DNA of 64,000 bases. It comes from Zygnema circumcarinatum SAG 698-1b (Eukaryota; Plantae; Zygnematophyceae). The DNA lies in contig CM074807.1 of assembly GCA_037447605.1 (NCBI GenBank), forward strand, positions 2,114,674 to 2,178,673, read 5' to 3'. Under the pieces are notes generated by a model. It was given only the letters and a program-made list of their open reading frames with translations. It was not told the DNA's origin and searched no databases. Shown in pieces: positions 37,056 to 47,289 of the stretch (positions within the stretch are counted from its first letter, which is position 1; each line of letters begins with the position of its first letter). Position numbers and translations under genes: made by a program.

Positions 37056-38809
37056 TTAGCGGAATACGTGTGGACATGTGGTGTTGAGGACAACCAAAGT
37101 GGTCGTATTCAGACCTATAGTGCAGAGCAGCTGCTTGTCAAAGTCAGACACCAGAATACGCCAAACCACGTTGGCTCGCGCCTTCAAGTTTGCCAGCAGT
37201 GTGAGGTTCAAGAATGTTTCATCGACTGCCTGTTCAAACATATGGCCCACTCCATACAGAGGTTGGTTCCATGCAATCGCATTTGCCGAAAAATTGGTAC
37301 GTGACTTTGTCGCCTGATCGAATGGCATAACCTGCAACCACCTTCACCACCTGCATGAGATCTGTACAATTCCAGATGCATTAAGTGCGTGGCAAGCAGC
37401 CCAATCCCGTTCAATCTGCAGCTCCCTCGTGGCCAATCTCTTAGCAGCTTACCTCTCCAGACAACACCACAAGCCGGCTATAACCAAATTCCAGCGAGCC
37501 AGTGCGATGGTGCAAATCAAAGAGCGCGTTAGGGTTATGAACGCCGAACTTCACAGTTACGTTGCCATAAAGTCCTGCCGTGCTGATACCCACAGCATCA
37601 AAACTGCGAGCTTCAAAATCCAACCGATGTATGTCCACGTTCTGCTCCCTCAAGAAAAGCCGAAAAATATCGCTTCAGTTTAATAGCAAATTTTGAACGA
37701 GTAAGAAATGAAAGATATCCCACAGATGCAAAAGGCTGCCAACTGTCTACGCCTGACTTAACCCCCTCCTTTTATAAAGGTCTCAGTGAGCTATACGACT
37801 CCTTTAACAGACAAATCCTTACCTTTCACACTCCTCCCGGCTTACTGAATCAGCATTTCCCTTCCCCTATCTAGTCATGCAACACCAAATGCATATTGAC
37901 TGGCAAAAGGGAGATGCACCCCCCGTGATGTCTTGCACTTCTACATTACATAAATCCTTCTTAATCATTGTTTCTAGTTGTCTTCGCCGGAACGAAACTC
38001 AGACCAGCAGATACCACTTTTCAAGAACACCTGTTCATGCACTTCTGCACTGCTTCCTCCACATTCTCCCAAGAGAGTGTCCTCTGCCAGACGGATATGC
38101 AAATGATCCGCATAGACTGAGACAGGAGTTCCAAGCCAGAAGGGACACGCCAAAGAATATTGTAACTCACCAATATTGAATAAGTCGGACCATCAGGCCT
38201 CCAGATGCTCCAAGCTATGAGGGCGGCTACTCCCACCATCAGCACAAGAATGAAAATCGTTATCCATACCACGCATGTCACCTGCTTCACATATCGCTGG
38301 CGGTCTCTATCCGGATCGGGGAAATCCTCTTCTTCTTCATCGATTCTTGAAATGGATGGATCCTCAGATGATCGGCCAAAGCGAGTCTTGGAAGGCCCGG
38401 CTCCATCCCTCACACTCTGAGTATCCGAATCTGAAGCATAGTTTATCCCGTGGGATTCAAACCGAGACGGCGAAGATATTGCTGACGAGTATCCAGAATA
38501 CGTCCCTCCCGGGTCCGACATGGCAGGAGTTTGCACATAATAGGGGGGCGCATGGTAGGGGGATGCCCCTGTAGCGTCTGAATGAAGCGGCGTTTCTACG
38601 GTGTAGTACGCATATGGCGGGTCCACGACGTCCCGCGCAGGCGACTCCGGCGGAGTAGACGCCGTATCGCTGAAGGCGCTGCTGCCGCGCTGCGACTTCC
38701 GCGCCCATGCAGGCGTCCTCCCTCCTCCGCTGCCGCCAGCCACTCCTGACGGGCCCCCGTATAATGGATTGCTCCGCGGCCCTCCAGCAGCTTTCCCTGC
38801 CTCTGCCAT
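37056..38809 (-). CDS. NDR1/HIN1-like (LEA_2 domain) membrane protein
   Basis: Exons ~38809-38171, ~37641-37453, ~37331-37056. S/P/Y-rich N-terminus (YYVQTP), TM CVVWITIFILVLMVGVAALIAWSIWRP..P.Y, VHNPNALFDLHH, FDQ..KSR, PLYGVG, C-terminal Cys pair. Confidence 0.85.
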
Positions 38810-39085
38810 GGCGCCGCCTTTGCCCTGCGACCTTCCGCTTCTGAGAGCACGAGCGACAGTGAGCGCAGAAAGAGGGAGCGAGGGACGCGAGGGCGGTGGT
38901 CCTTCTCTCTCTCACTTGACAGCGCCTCCTGCCCGCCCGGCCGCCCTGACAGGCCCCTCCAGTTGCTCCTCTCCGCTCCGCGGGGCGCGGGCGAGGGTGC
39001 CGGGCTGCCCGCCACGTCGGGCAGCTGCAAACGAAGCCGCGCGCGGGCAGGGCAACGGTCCCACCGCCCCTCGCGGGGGCGCGAC

Positions 39086-39460
39086 TATAGATCCGTATTA
39101 TACAGTTTGAGGTTCGATACAATGTATAATACAGTATTAATACTGTATTATACACTGTATAATACCTTAACGCAACTGTTAACAGCCGTACAATCGGAAC
39201 ATATATACGTACGGAAATCATGTACGGAAGAGGTGTACGAACATGTACGTGCCAAGTCACACGTGTTGAGTGTTTGGCAAGTGACGTGACTTGGCAAGTG
39301 CTGGAATTTCAATATTATAATCAGATTTTGTTCAACTAACCACGAAAATAAAAAAAATACGTTAAATACATTAAAAATACACTGTATTTTTAAAATGTTG
39401 TATAATACGCATGTATTATACAGTGTATTAATACACGCGTTTGATACATACGGATCTATA
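39086..39460. mobile_element. 375-bp non-autonomous hAT-type element (MITE)
   Basis: Perfect 13-bp TIRs TATAGATCCGTAT / ATACGGATCTATA. Identical 8-bp TSD GGCGCGAC at 39078-39085 and 39461-39468. AT-rich body inserted in a GC island, with an internal 32-bp perfect palindrome at 39123-39154. Confidence 0.9.
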
Positions 39461-39676
39461 GGCGCGACAGACCGGGCAGGCCCGACAGACCGCCGCGGAA
39501 CGTTTTTGCGCCGTCCGGACCGCAATCCGCGGGCAGGCAAGCGGCGGATCGATCCTGGCGGGCGGCCTGTTGCGTGACGCCCGTGACGTCCCGCCCCGTC
39601 CCCTCGCGATTGGCCGCCGGGCGGGCGGCGCCGCGTGGCGCGCGCAGCCCCTGATCGGCCTCCCGCGCTTGCGACC

Positions 39677-39773
39677 GTACATAGGTCGTACGAATAATAC
39701 GGATAACCCGTACAGTACTGTATCGTACAGTGGTCATCCGTACACACGAGTACGGTACCGTACAATATGGTAC
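39677..39773. promoter_or_regulatory. Array of 10 GTAC cores (SBP-box/CuRE-like) upstream of EMC6
   Basis: GTAC at 39677, 39688, 39710, 39715, 39725, 39740, 39750, 39755, 39760 and 39770; four are in CCGTAC context. Confidence 0.5.
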
Positions 39774-39847
39774 AGTGGTGCCATTTGCTGCAACTTGCAA
39801 GCGGAAGGTCTGAGGGGAGGAGGGCGCTGAAGGGCTGGAGGGTGGCC

Positions 39848-42800
39848 ATGGCGGCCATGGCGACCATGGCGAACATGGCGACCGCCCTCTCTGCGGAGAA
39901 CATGCAGCATAACGCGCGCATAACGTACTATTGGTGAGATTTCAGCACAGATGAGTTTCATCATGGACCTGTGAAAAGTGCTCGATTATTAGCTTGTGCA
40001 ATTTCTTGTTTATGATTGCTCTAACATTGGTTTCAATTGATTTCTTTACTCTGCCGCAAAAAAATGTAGAACGGTTTTTCTTTTGTTCTATTGTGACGAT
40101 AAGCAAGGCCTACTTGAATACCTAGTTGCATGCAACTTAATTGGATCAAAATTACTGGGCTTCGTTTTCCTCCTTTGCTTCCTAAAAAGCCTTAAACGAC
40201 TTGATCGATGGCAGCATTCACTAAGTTGTGGAAATGACAGCCCGCCTGCACCACCTAGTATTGGGGGGAGGAGATTCAGTGAACCCTTCGGCCCACGAAT
40301 TGTCACTGTCTTTCACATCTTCTCTTTGTTTCCACTCTAACTCCGCCATTGCTACTTCCCTCATGAGCGGAACAGTGGATGTGGCCTGTAAAGCGTACAG
40401 CAGTCGCGGCCCATTTCACGTTCTGGAGGCTGGGCTATTAAAAAGTATCTTGCATAATGCCCCTATTTCTTAGGTCTTTTTAAATCTGAAGCATCAGCCG
40501 CAAAATGTTAAGGCAAAGCGTTTTTTCAAAAAGAAGAAAGCTGGAATAGAGAACACGTTTGGTTATGAAGAGGGAGAGGGAGAGGGAGAGGAGAGGGAGA
40601 GGGGAGAGGGAGAGGAGAGGGAGAGGGAGGCGGGAGAGGGAGAGGGAGAGGGAGAGGGAGAGGGAGAGGGAGGGGAGAGGGAGAGGGAGAGGGAGAGGGA
40701 GAGGAGAGGGAGAGGGAGAGGGAGAGGGAGAGGGAGAGGGAGGGAGAGGGCGAGGGCGAGGGAGGGAGGGAGGAGGGAGAGGGAGAGGAGAGGGAGAGGA
40801 GAGGGAGAGGGGAGAGGGGAGAGGGAGCGGGGAGCGAGCGGGGATGGGGAGAGGGAGAGGGGAGAGGGAGAGGGAGAGGGGAGAGGGAGGGAGAGGGGAG
40901 AGGGGAGAGGGAGGAGAGGGGAGAGGGAGGGGAGGAGGGGAGGAGGGGAGAGGGAGAGGGAGAGAGGGGAGAGGGAGAGGGAGAGGGGAGAGGGAGAGGG
41001 AGAGGGAGAGGGAGAGGGGAGAGGGGAGAGGGAGAGGGAGAGGGAGAGGGAGAGGAGAGGGAGAGGGGAGGAGGGGAGAGGGAGAGGGAGAGGAGAGGGG
41101 AGGAGGAGAGGGGAGAGGGAGAGAGGGAGAGGGGAGAGGGGAGAGGGAGAGGGGAGAGGGAGAGAGGGGAGAGGGGAGAGGGAGAGGGAGAGGGAGAGGG
41201 GAGAGGGGAGAGGGAGAGGGGAGAGGGAGAGGGGAGAGGAGAGGGAGAGGGGAGAGGGGAGAGGGGAGAGGGAGAGGGAGAGGGGAGAGGGGAGAGGGGA
41301 GAGGGAGAGGGAGAGGGGAGAGGGGAGAGGGAGAGGGGAGAGGGGAGAGGGGAGAGGGAGAGGGAGAGGGAGAGGGGAGAGGGAGAGGGGAGGAGGGAGA
41401 GGGAGGAGGGGAGAGGGAGAGGGGAGAGGGAGAGGGAGAGGGGAGAGGGAGAGGGAGAGGGAGAGGGGGAGAGGGAGAGGAGAGGGAGAAAAGAGGAGAG
41501 GGAGAGGGAGAGGGGGAGAGGGGAGAGGGGAGAGGGGAGAGGGAGAGGGAGAGGGGAGAGGGGAGAGAGGGAGAGAGGGGAGAGGGAGAGGGAGAGGGGA
41601 GAGGGAGAGGGAGAGGGAGAGGGGAGAGGGAGAGGGAGAGGGAGAGGGAGAGGAGAGGGAGAGGGAGAGGAGAGGGAGAGGGAGAGGGAGAGGGAGAGGA
41701 GAGGAGAGGAGAGGGAGAGGGAGAGGGAGAGGGAGAGAGGAGAGGAGAGGGAGAGGAGAGGAGAGGAGAGGGAGAGGGAGAGGGAGAGGGAGAGGGGAGA
41801 GGGGAGAGGAGAGGGAGAGGGGAGAGGGAGAGGAGAGGAGAGGAGGGAGAGGGGAGAGGGAGAGGGAGAGGAGAGGGAGAGGGGAGAGGAGAGGGGAGAG
41901 GGAGAGGGGAGAGGGGAGAGGGGGGAGGAGGGGAGGAGGGATGAGGGGAGAGGGAGAGGGAGAGAGGAGAGGGGAGAGGGAGAGGGAGAGGGAGAGGGGA
42001 GGGAGAGGGAGAGGGAGAGGGGAGAGGGAGAGGGAGAGGGAGAGGGGAGAGGAGAGGGAGAGGAGAGGGAGAGGGAGAGGGAGAGGGAGAGGAGGAGGGA
42101 GAGGGGAGAGGAGAGGAGAGGGAGAGGGAGAGGGAGAGGAGAGGGAGAGGGGAGAGGGGAGAGGGAGAGGGGAGAGGGAGAGGAGGAGAGGGAGGAGGGA
42201 GAGGGGAGAGGGGAGAGGGAGAGGGGAGAGGGTGAGGGAGAGGGGAGAGGGAGAGGGAGAGGGAGAGGGAGAGGGAGAGGGGAGAGGGAGAGGGAGAGGG
42301 AGAGGGAGAGGGAGAGGGAGAGGGGAGAGGGGAGAGGGGAGAAAGAGAGGAGGAGGAGGGAGAGGGGAGAGGGAGAGGGAGAGGGAGAGGGAGAGGGGGA
42401 GAGGGGAGAGGAGAGGGAGAGGGAGAGGAGAGGGAGAGGGAGAGGTGGCGAGAGGGAGAGGGGAGGGAGAGGGAGAGGGGAGGAGGGAGAGGAGAGGGAG
42501 AGGGAGAGGGAGAGGGAGAGGGAGAGGGAGAGGGAGAGGGAGAGGGAGAGGGGAGAGGGGAGAGGGGAGAGGGAGAGGGAGAGGGAGAGGGAGAGGGAGA
42601 GGGAGGGAGAGGGAGCCACGCAGGTTTCCCCAAGGAATGTCAATTTAAAGGAACCTCCTTAACCGGTATGTCTCTAGAAAATTTCAGGTTTGAGAGGCTG
42701 ATCTCATGCGAATTATATGGAAATTGGGGAATGTGCATATTGTTGGCCTAAGCCTTTGAAGTAAGTAGTAATAGGTATCCCTTTTCGTAAACATTTGACA

Positions 42801-44140
42801 TTTTTTTCTAGAAAGCTTGGACGTCTGCTTGAATGAAAAAAAAAAAAAAAGCTTCTAAAGAATTATTCTGCTTGAATAATTCTTGGTTTATTGTAGGAGT
42901 ATTTAAAGGCGTGTTGGAATATTAATAGATGCGTAAACTGCTGCGTTTGGCGTCAGTCACCCTCTGGTTGGTTGTATGTGAAACGAGCAAAGCCTGTACG
43001 TTGTTTTCTGTGAATGTGCTGCCTGATTGAATGCCACTCGATCATCATCATTGGCTTGCATCATTTGCTGGCTGAAGCGCCGAGTTCCGCTTGCTTCACG
43101 CTCTTAAGTTTGCCGTTGCTGCATACAGAAGTGCTGGTTCTCTCTACATTTTTCTGACCTCAGTGTGCAAGACCTGCATAATTTGTGTTGCAGCAAGACC
43201 TTCCTCTCCATTATAGCAGGCATCGTGGCAGGAGTCATGGGCCTTACAGGAATTGCAGGTTTCGTGTGCTATTTGTTCATTATGGCCGTAGCCTCCTTAG
43301 GCATCTTCTTGAAGGCAGGAGGACAGATCAGCACCTACTTCGATTCATGGCAACGCGTAGCCCTTGACGGTGTTTCACAAGGAGCCATGGTATGCACTCT
43401 CAACGAATTTGTATTGTTCACTTTCCAAATCACCTCCCTTGTATGAAACAAGTTGGCTGGTGACGTGGGGATGCAGACTGGATGTTAAGCTGTGAGCCAT
43501 TGTGTTTCTTTGCTTATTTACAGCAGCGGACGTGGATTGCATCTCATATCATTTCCTGCTAGTTAAACATTTGCACAGCTGTTGACCTTTTTGCAAGTCA
43601 TTAATGATGCCATAGGCTGATGCAGTTTATATTAGAATTGCCCCAGGCTGGCAAGTGTCGCAATCCTCTAAAACTTGTTTTGAGTCGCGTGCTCTCTTTG
43701 ATGAAACGAACGAATATAGTTTTGTAGAGATTTACTAATTGAAGGTCAGCTGCAGACCGTTGGGTTCGATTGAGCGTCTGATGAGGGTGTACGCCTTTTG
43801 TTTGCAGTCATTTATTCTCTTCTGGACGTATCCTCTCCACTACTCTTTTGCTGTGGGTTCGGTTTGAGCGTTCAATCGATAAGTAAGTATGGCTGTCAAT
43901 AGTTTGAAGGTGATCTGGTTCTGTCCAAAACTTTTTTTCCATGTGCGCCATAGTTTGTGAACTTTGATGAGTAGGACATTGGGGAAGAACTGAGAGCAAG
44001 AGCAGGGTGCCAGAGTCAAACTTTGCTGTTGATTGGTTGCTATTAACAATTCATTTCTTTAGCGGTGATATTGGCGCGGCCAAAGTGAACCTTGACCCAC
44101 GTTCTGCAGTCTCGCCTATGACATTGTCCACATTTTCTGA
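39848..44140 (+). CDS. EMC6: ER membrane protein complex subunit 6 (Rab5-interacting family)
   Basis: Exons 39848-39933, 43194-43389, 43808-43827, 44110-44140 give ..[41 protein letters not shown]....[16 protein letters not shown]. Confidence 0.92.
40567..42615 (+). repeat. ~2.05-kb homopurine tract, degenerate (GAGAGG)n, inside EMC6 intron 1
   Basis: Almost exclusively G/A on the + strand (about a dozen pyrimidines). Units vary mainly in G-run length. Confidence 0.97.
43828..44109 (+). other. U12-type (minor spliceosome) GT-AG intron in EMC6
   Basis: Donor GTATCCTC, branch ACCTTGAC at 44089-44096 with the branch A 14 nt before the 3' end, no long polypyrimidine tract. Splicing restores FWT|LAYDIVHIF. 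Confidence 0.8.
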
Positions 44141-45142
44141 TGGAGGCAGCTCCATTGGGTTCACTGCCTGGACCGCATACTCCATACGTCAGGCGTTCAC
44201 TCAAACATCCTGGAAGGGCCAGCTGCGCGATGTTGCCATGCCTAGGCGATAAGAGACAGTCCTTCAGTGCACCCTAATAGCAGCTGCAAGCTTGTTCGAT
44301 TCTTGGTGACAGTATGGCGCGTATGTGCAGCTGTGCGGTGCAGGTAAACTATGTGCAGCGCGCCGTTAAGTTCTGTGGTGTGTGTCTCATTGGTGTAGAG
44401 ATCATTGCATTGAAGAGCCGCCGTATGCGTACCCTCTGCTAGTCAGTGCAGGACAGTCATTTCTCTCGCCCATTTTTCCGCCAGGAAGTTCATGAATGAA
44501 GAGTGTCCAGATCTGGCATTCCCTCCCGCCTGAGGGCAATTGTGAGCCTGTTGGAAACGATAGGAAGTTCAGAGGTGTCACGTTTTTGTTTTCTGTTTGG
44601 TAGATTTAGCAATCGTCAAAACAATTTCTTATGTCGAAGTGTTTGAACTTCGACCGTTGTAACTTCCAACATTACAAACGGAGCCCACTCAAGTCCCATG
44701 TGCCTGTCCTGTGTTTGTTGAGAATGATGAGAAAAAAATTGGCAGATTCAGTAAAGGGAGCTTGAGAGGGGGCTTCAAGGTGAGCAAACATCACAAGGAA
44801 TAAGCTTGGAAAACGTGAGCAGTCTAAATGTACAAGTGGTGAAATAAGTCAGGGAGCATTCAGACGTATTGCTGGGTTTTCCATCGAGCACCATCATCAC
44901 CCCAAATGAAGAGCATGTACCATTAACTTGCAAAAAACAAAAATGTACAACTTAAAAAGCTCGAATGTACAGGATTGCTTGGATGTACTGCAATGACCAT
45001 GTGTGCAAAAATGAAGGGCCTGCAACCACAAAACTGCAGCTAAGCACTGTCCTTCAGCATCTGCAGGACCGTTCGAATAAAGGATGACCCGGTTCATAGC
45101 CTTCACACTAATCAGAAGGTGGCGGCAACAGCAGGAACGAAT

Positions 45143-46924
45143 TTAGTTGCGGCAGAAGAGGGTCTCTTTTGTTTCATTCCCTGTCACGGGATTGACCCTG
45201 TCCCGCCCACCACAGATCTCAGTGCAGTGGCAGAGGCTGCAATCAATCTCCGTTTTCTGCTGTTTGCTGCCTTCTGAGACTGGAGGAATTATGACTCAAC
45301 GCGCAACAAGAAGGCAGTAGAAGGACAAGCTCAAACATTCAAATTTACGTAATCAGCATTCAATGAAGGGCAAAAGAAATAGATGGTACTACACACCCGC
45401 TAGCAATTGAACACAGGTACTTTCGTTGGTCATCTCGAAATTGCACCTCAGTGAAATCTGCATCCAGATCTCCAGAAGGAAAGGGCTCAAACTACCAAAG
45501 CCTCCCGAAAAAAAAAGTTGACTTTTCTCCCTAGCCTTGGCTGTGCGATAAAGTACTAGCAGGGAGCATCTGTTTGACGACATGGAGCACATGATTTCTT
45601 GCAAAAATGAGGGCCACAGGTGAGCACCTGCACCGGTGATAATAGAGCCTTTGAAAGAAGTGTTTCCTGTTACTGTGGCGCCCTCGAAGAGAGCATTGGT
45701 GAAATTAGCCTGCAAGCACACCGCCTTCTTCATAAGGAATTCAAATAGAACTTGGTTTTGCAGCACAGTTGATTCAACGGCAGTGCAACGCACCTTTGTG
45801 GCACTCGTCAATGAGAAGTCCACTCCCCGTAAGTCCGTATCACTGAAATCCGCTCCTGCATTGCTGCAACCACCTCGATTCGGTGAGTTCTTGTGTGCTA
45901 CTGCGGCATGTTGCTACTCAGGATTGGTATTTTTTTCCATAGCCATCACAAATTTAAACCTTGCGCTTGAACAAGATATGGGATGTGGCATCTCTCCCGA
46001 AGAAAGGAACAAACACAAGCACATGGAACGCACCTGTAAGGTCAGCGTCAAAGAAGCTTGCACCAAGCAGTTTAGCTCCATGGAAGTTCGCCTGCCGGAG
46101 AATGGCCTGCACAGCTTCATCACCAAAAGCTGTTAAGCGAATGCAAGCCAATGCGGTTTTCCGCTTATTACCTAGTTGAGCTGTTAGGCTGCCGCAACCT
46201 CCAAACAACTTTATTTATCCAAAATGGAGAAGCAAAAAAAGTACCGTTTTAAAGTCCTGACGGGTGAGGTCCAGACCGCTGAAGTCTCGGCCAGAAAGGT
46301 CTTGCCCACGTGTCACTTCCCTACCGTAAGGTCCTCCTCCCTGCGTAGAAAAAGAATGCTTCAGCCCCACTGATTGGAGCAATACATTCCGTTCTTGCCT
46401 CCCATTTACTTTACCCTAACAACGAAATCGCAATTTCTTCCTATAACAAGACTCCAGGGACAATGCATGAATGGGCAACGCTCCATCTCAGCAAGGTGCT
46501 TCTGCATCTCGAAGGTGAAAGCCATTGTTAAGTGCCCACAAAATTTACGAATGCTCGAATACACATACAATGTATGCAAACGATGGCTGAGTGGGATGCA
46601 GAAGAAGTAAGGCAGCAAGCATGGCTGCTCCTCCAGTGGCTGTTTGTTTCCACACGCTCGACCTGTCCTCGCCACTCCATCTCTGCTGCCCACAACACCA
46701 TCCCTCATCGCACACGCTTTGGCGTTAACGCACTGCTTCCCTCTCACATTCCTGCAGCTGAGGTAATCGCAGAGGCCGAGAGAGCGTTGCACCTGCGAGC
46801 AAACAGTGAGACAGGGGATGCGAGATGCAGCGCCTCTCCGAGAGGGAAGCTGGGAAGTGCAGGCGCCCTGGGACGACAGGAGGCAGGGTCCTGGCAAGAG
46901 GGCGCTTCTCAATGCCATCGGCAT
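45143..46924 (-). CDS. TL15: Thylakoid lumenal 15 kDa pentapeptide-repeat protein
   Basis: Bipartite transit peptide ending AAMLAALLLLHPTQPSFA; then GGGPYGREVTRGQDLSGRDFSG / AILRQANFHGAKLLGASFFDADLT / GADFSDTDLRGVDFSL / GNTSFKGSIITGADFT..RDDQRKYLC / VNPVTGNETKETLFC. Confidence 0.92.
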
Positions 46925-47289
46925 GGCTTGACAGCTGTCCTAGAGTCTCTAGAGCAGTACCGTAGCAGAACGTGAACAGAGTTAGCAAAAGGAGAGCTTC
47001 AAAATAGCTACGATACGCTACTTTCTCTTCAAACTTTCCCTTTTGAAGATCTCGCGACACTTCTCACTCCGCTCTGGCCTTGAACTCGAAGACGAGCGAA
47101 GTGCAGGGAGGCGGCGAATCATCGCCATAGCAGGGAGTGAGGGCCCCTTGCTCTCTCTCACGCACTGCGGCACACTTAGGAGGGTGTGGTAGGGCCGTCC
47201 TGTAGGCTGCGGCTCCAGGAAGGGGGGTTCCTCGCCGGTTCACTTGAGCACAGGGGCAACGCCTCCGGAGGAGTTTGCAGCCTGCCAAG

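Noticed and set aside
40480-42648. Long ORFs of 717, 705, 461 and 235 aa (SP/LP-rich extensin-like on minus, GE/RG-rich on plus)
   Set aside because: Stop-free only because the tract lacks T on one strand. The frames drift between SP, LP and LS repeats, there is no signal peptide, and the tract lies in the EMC6 intron.
42812-42854. Short A15 tail flanked by AAAGCTT, suggesting a truncated retro-insertion
   Set aside because: Too short, and the duplication overlaps the A-run, so chance cannot be excluded.
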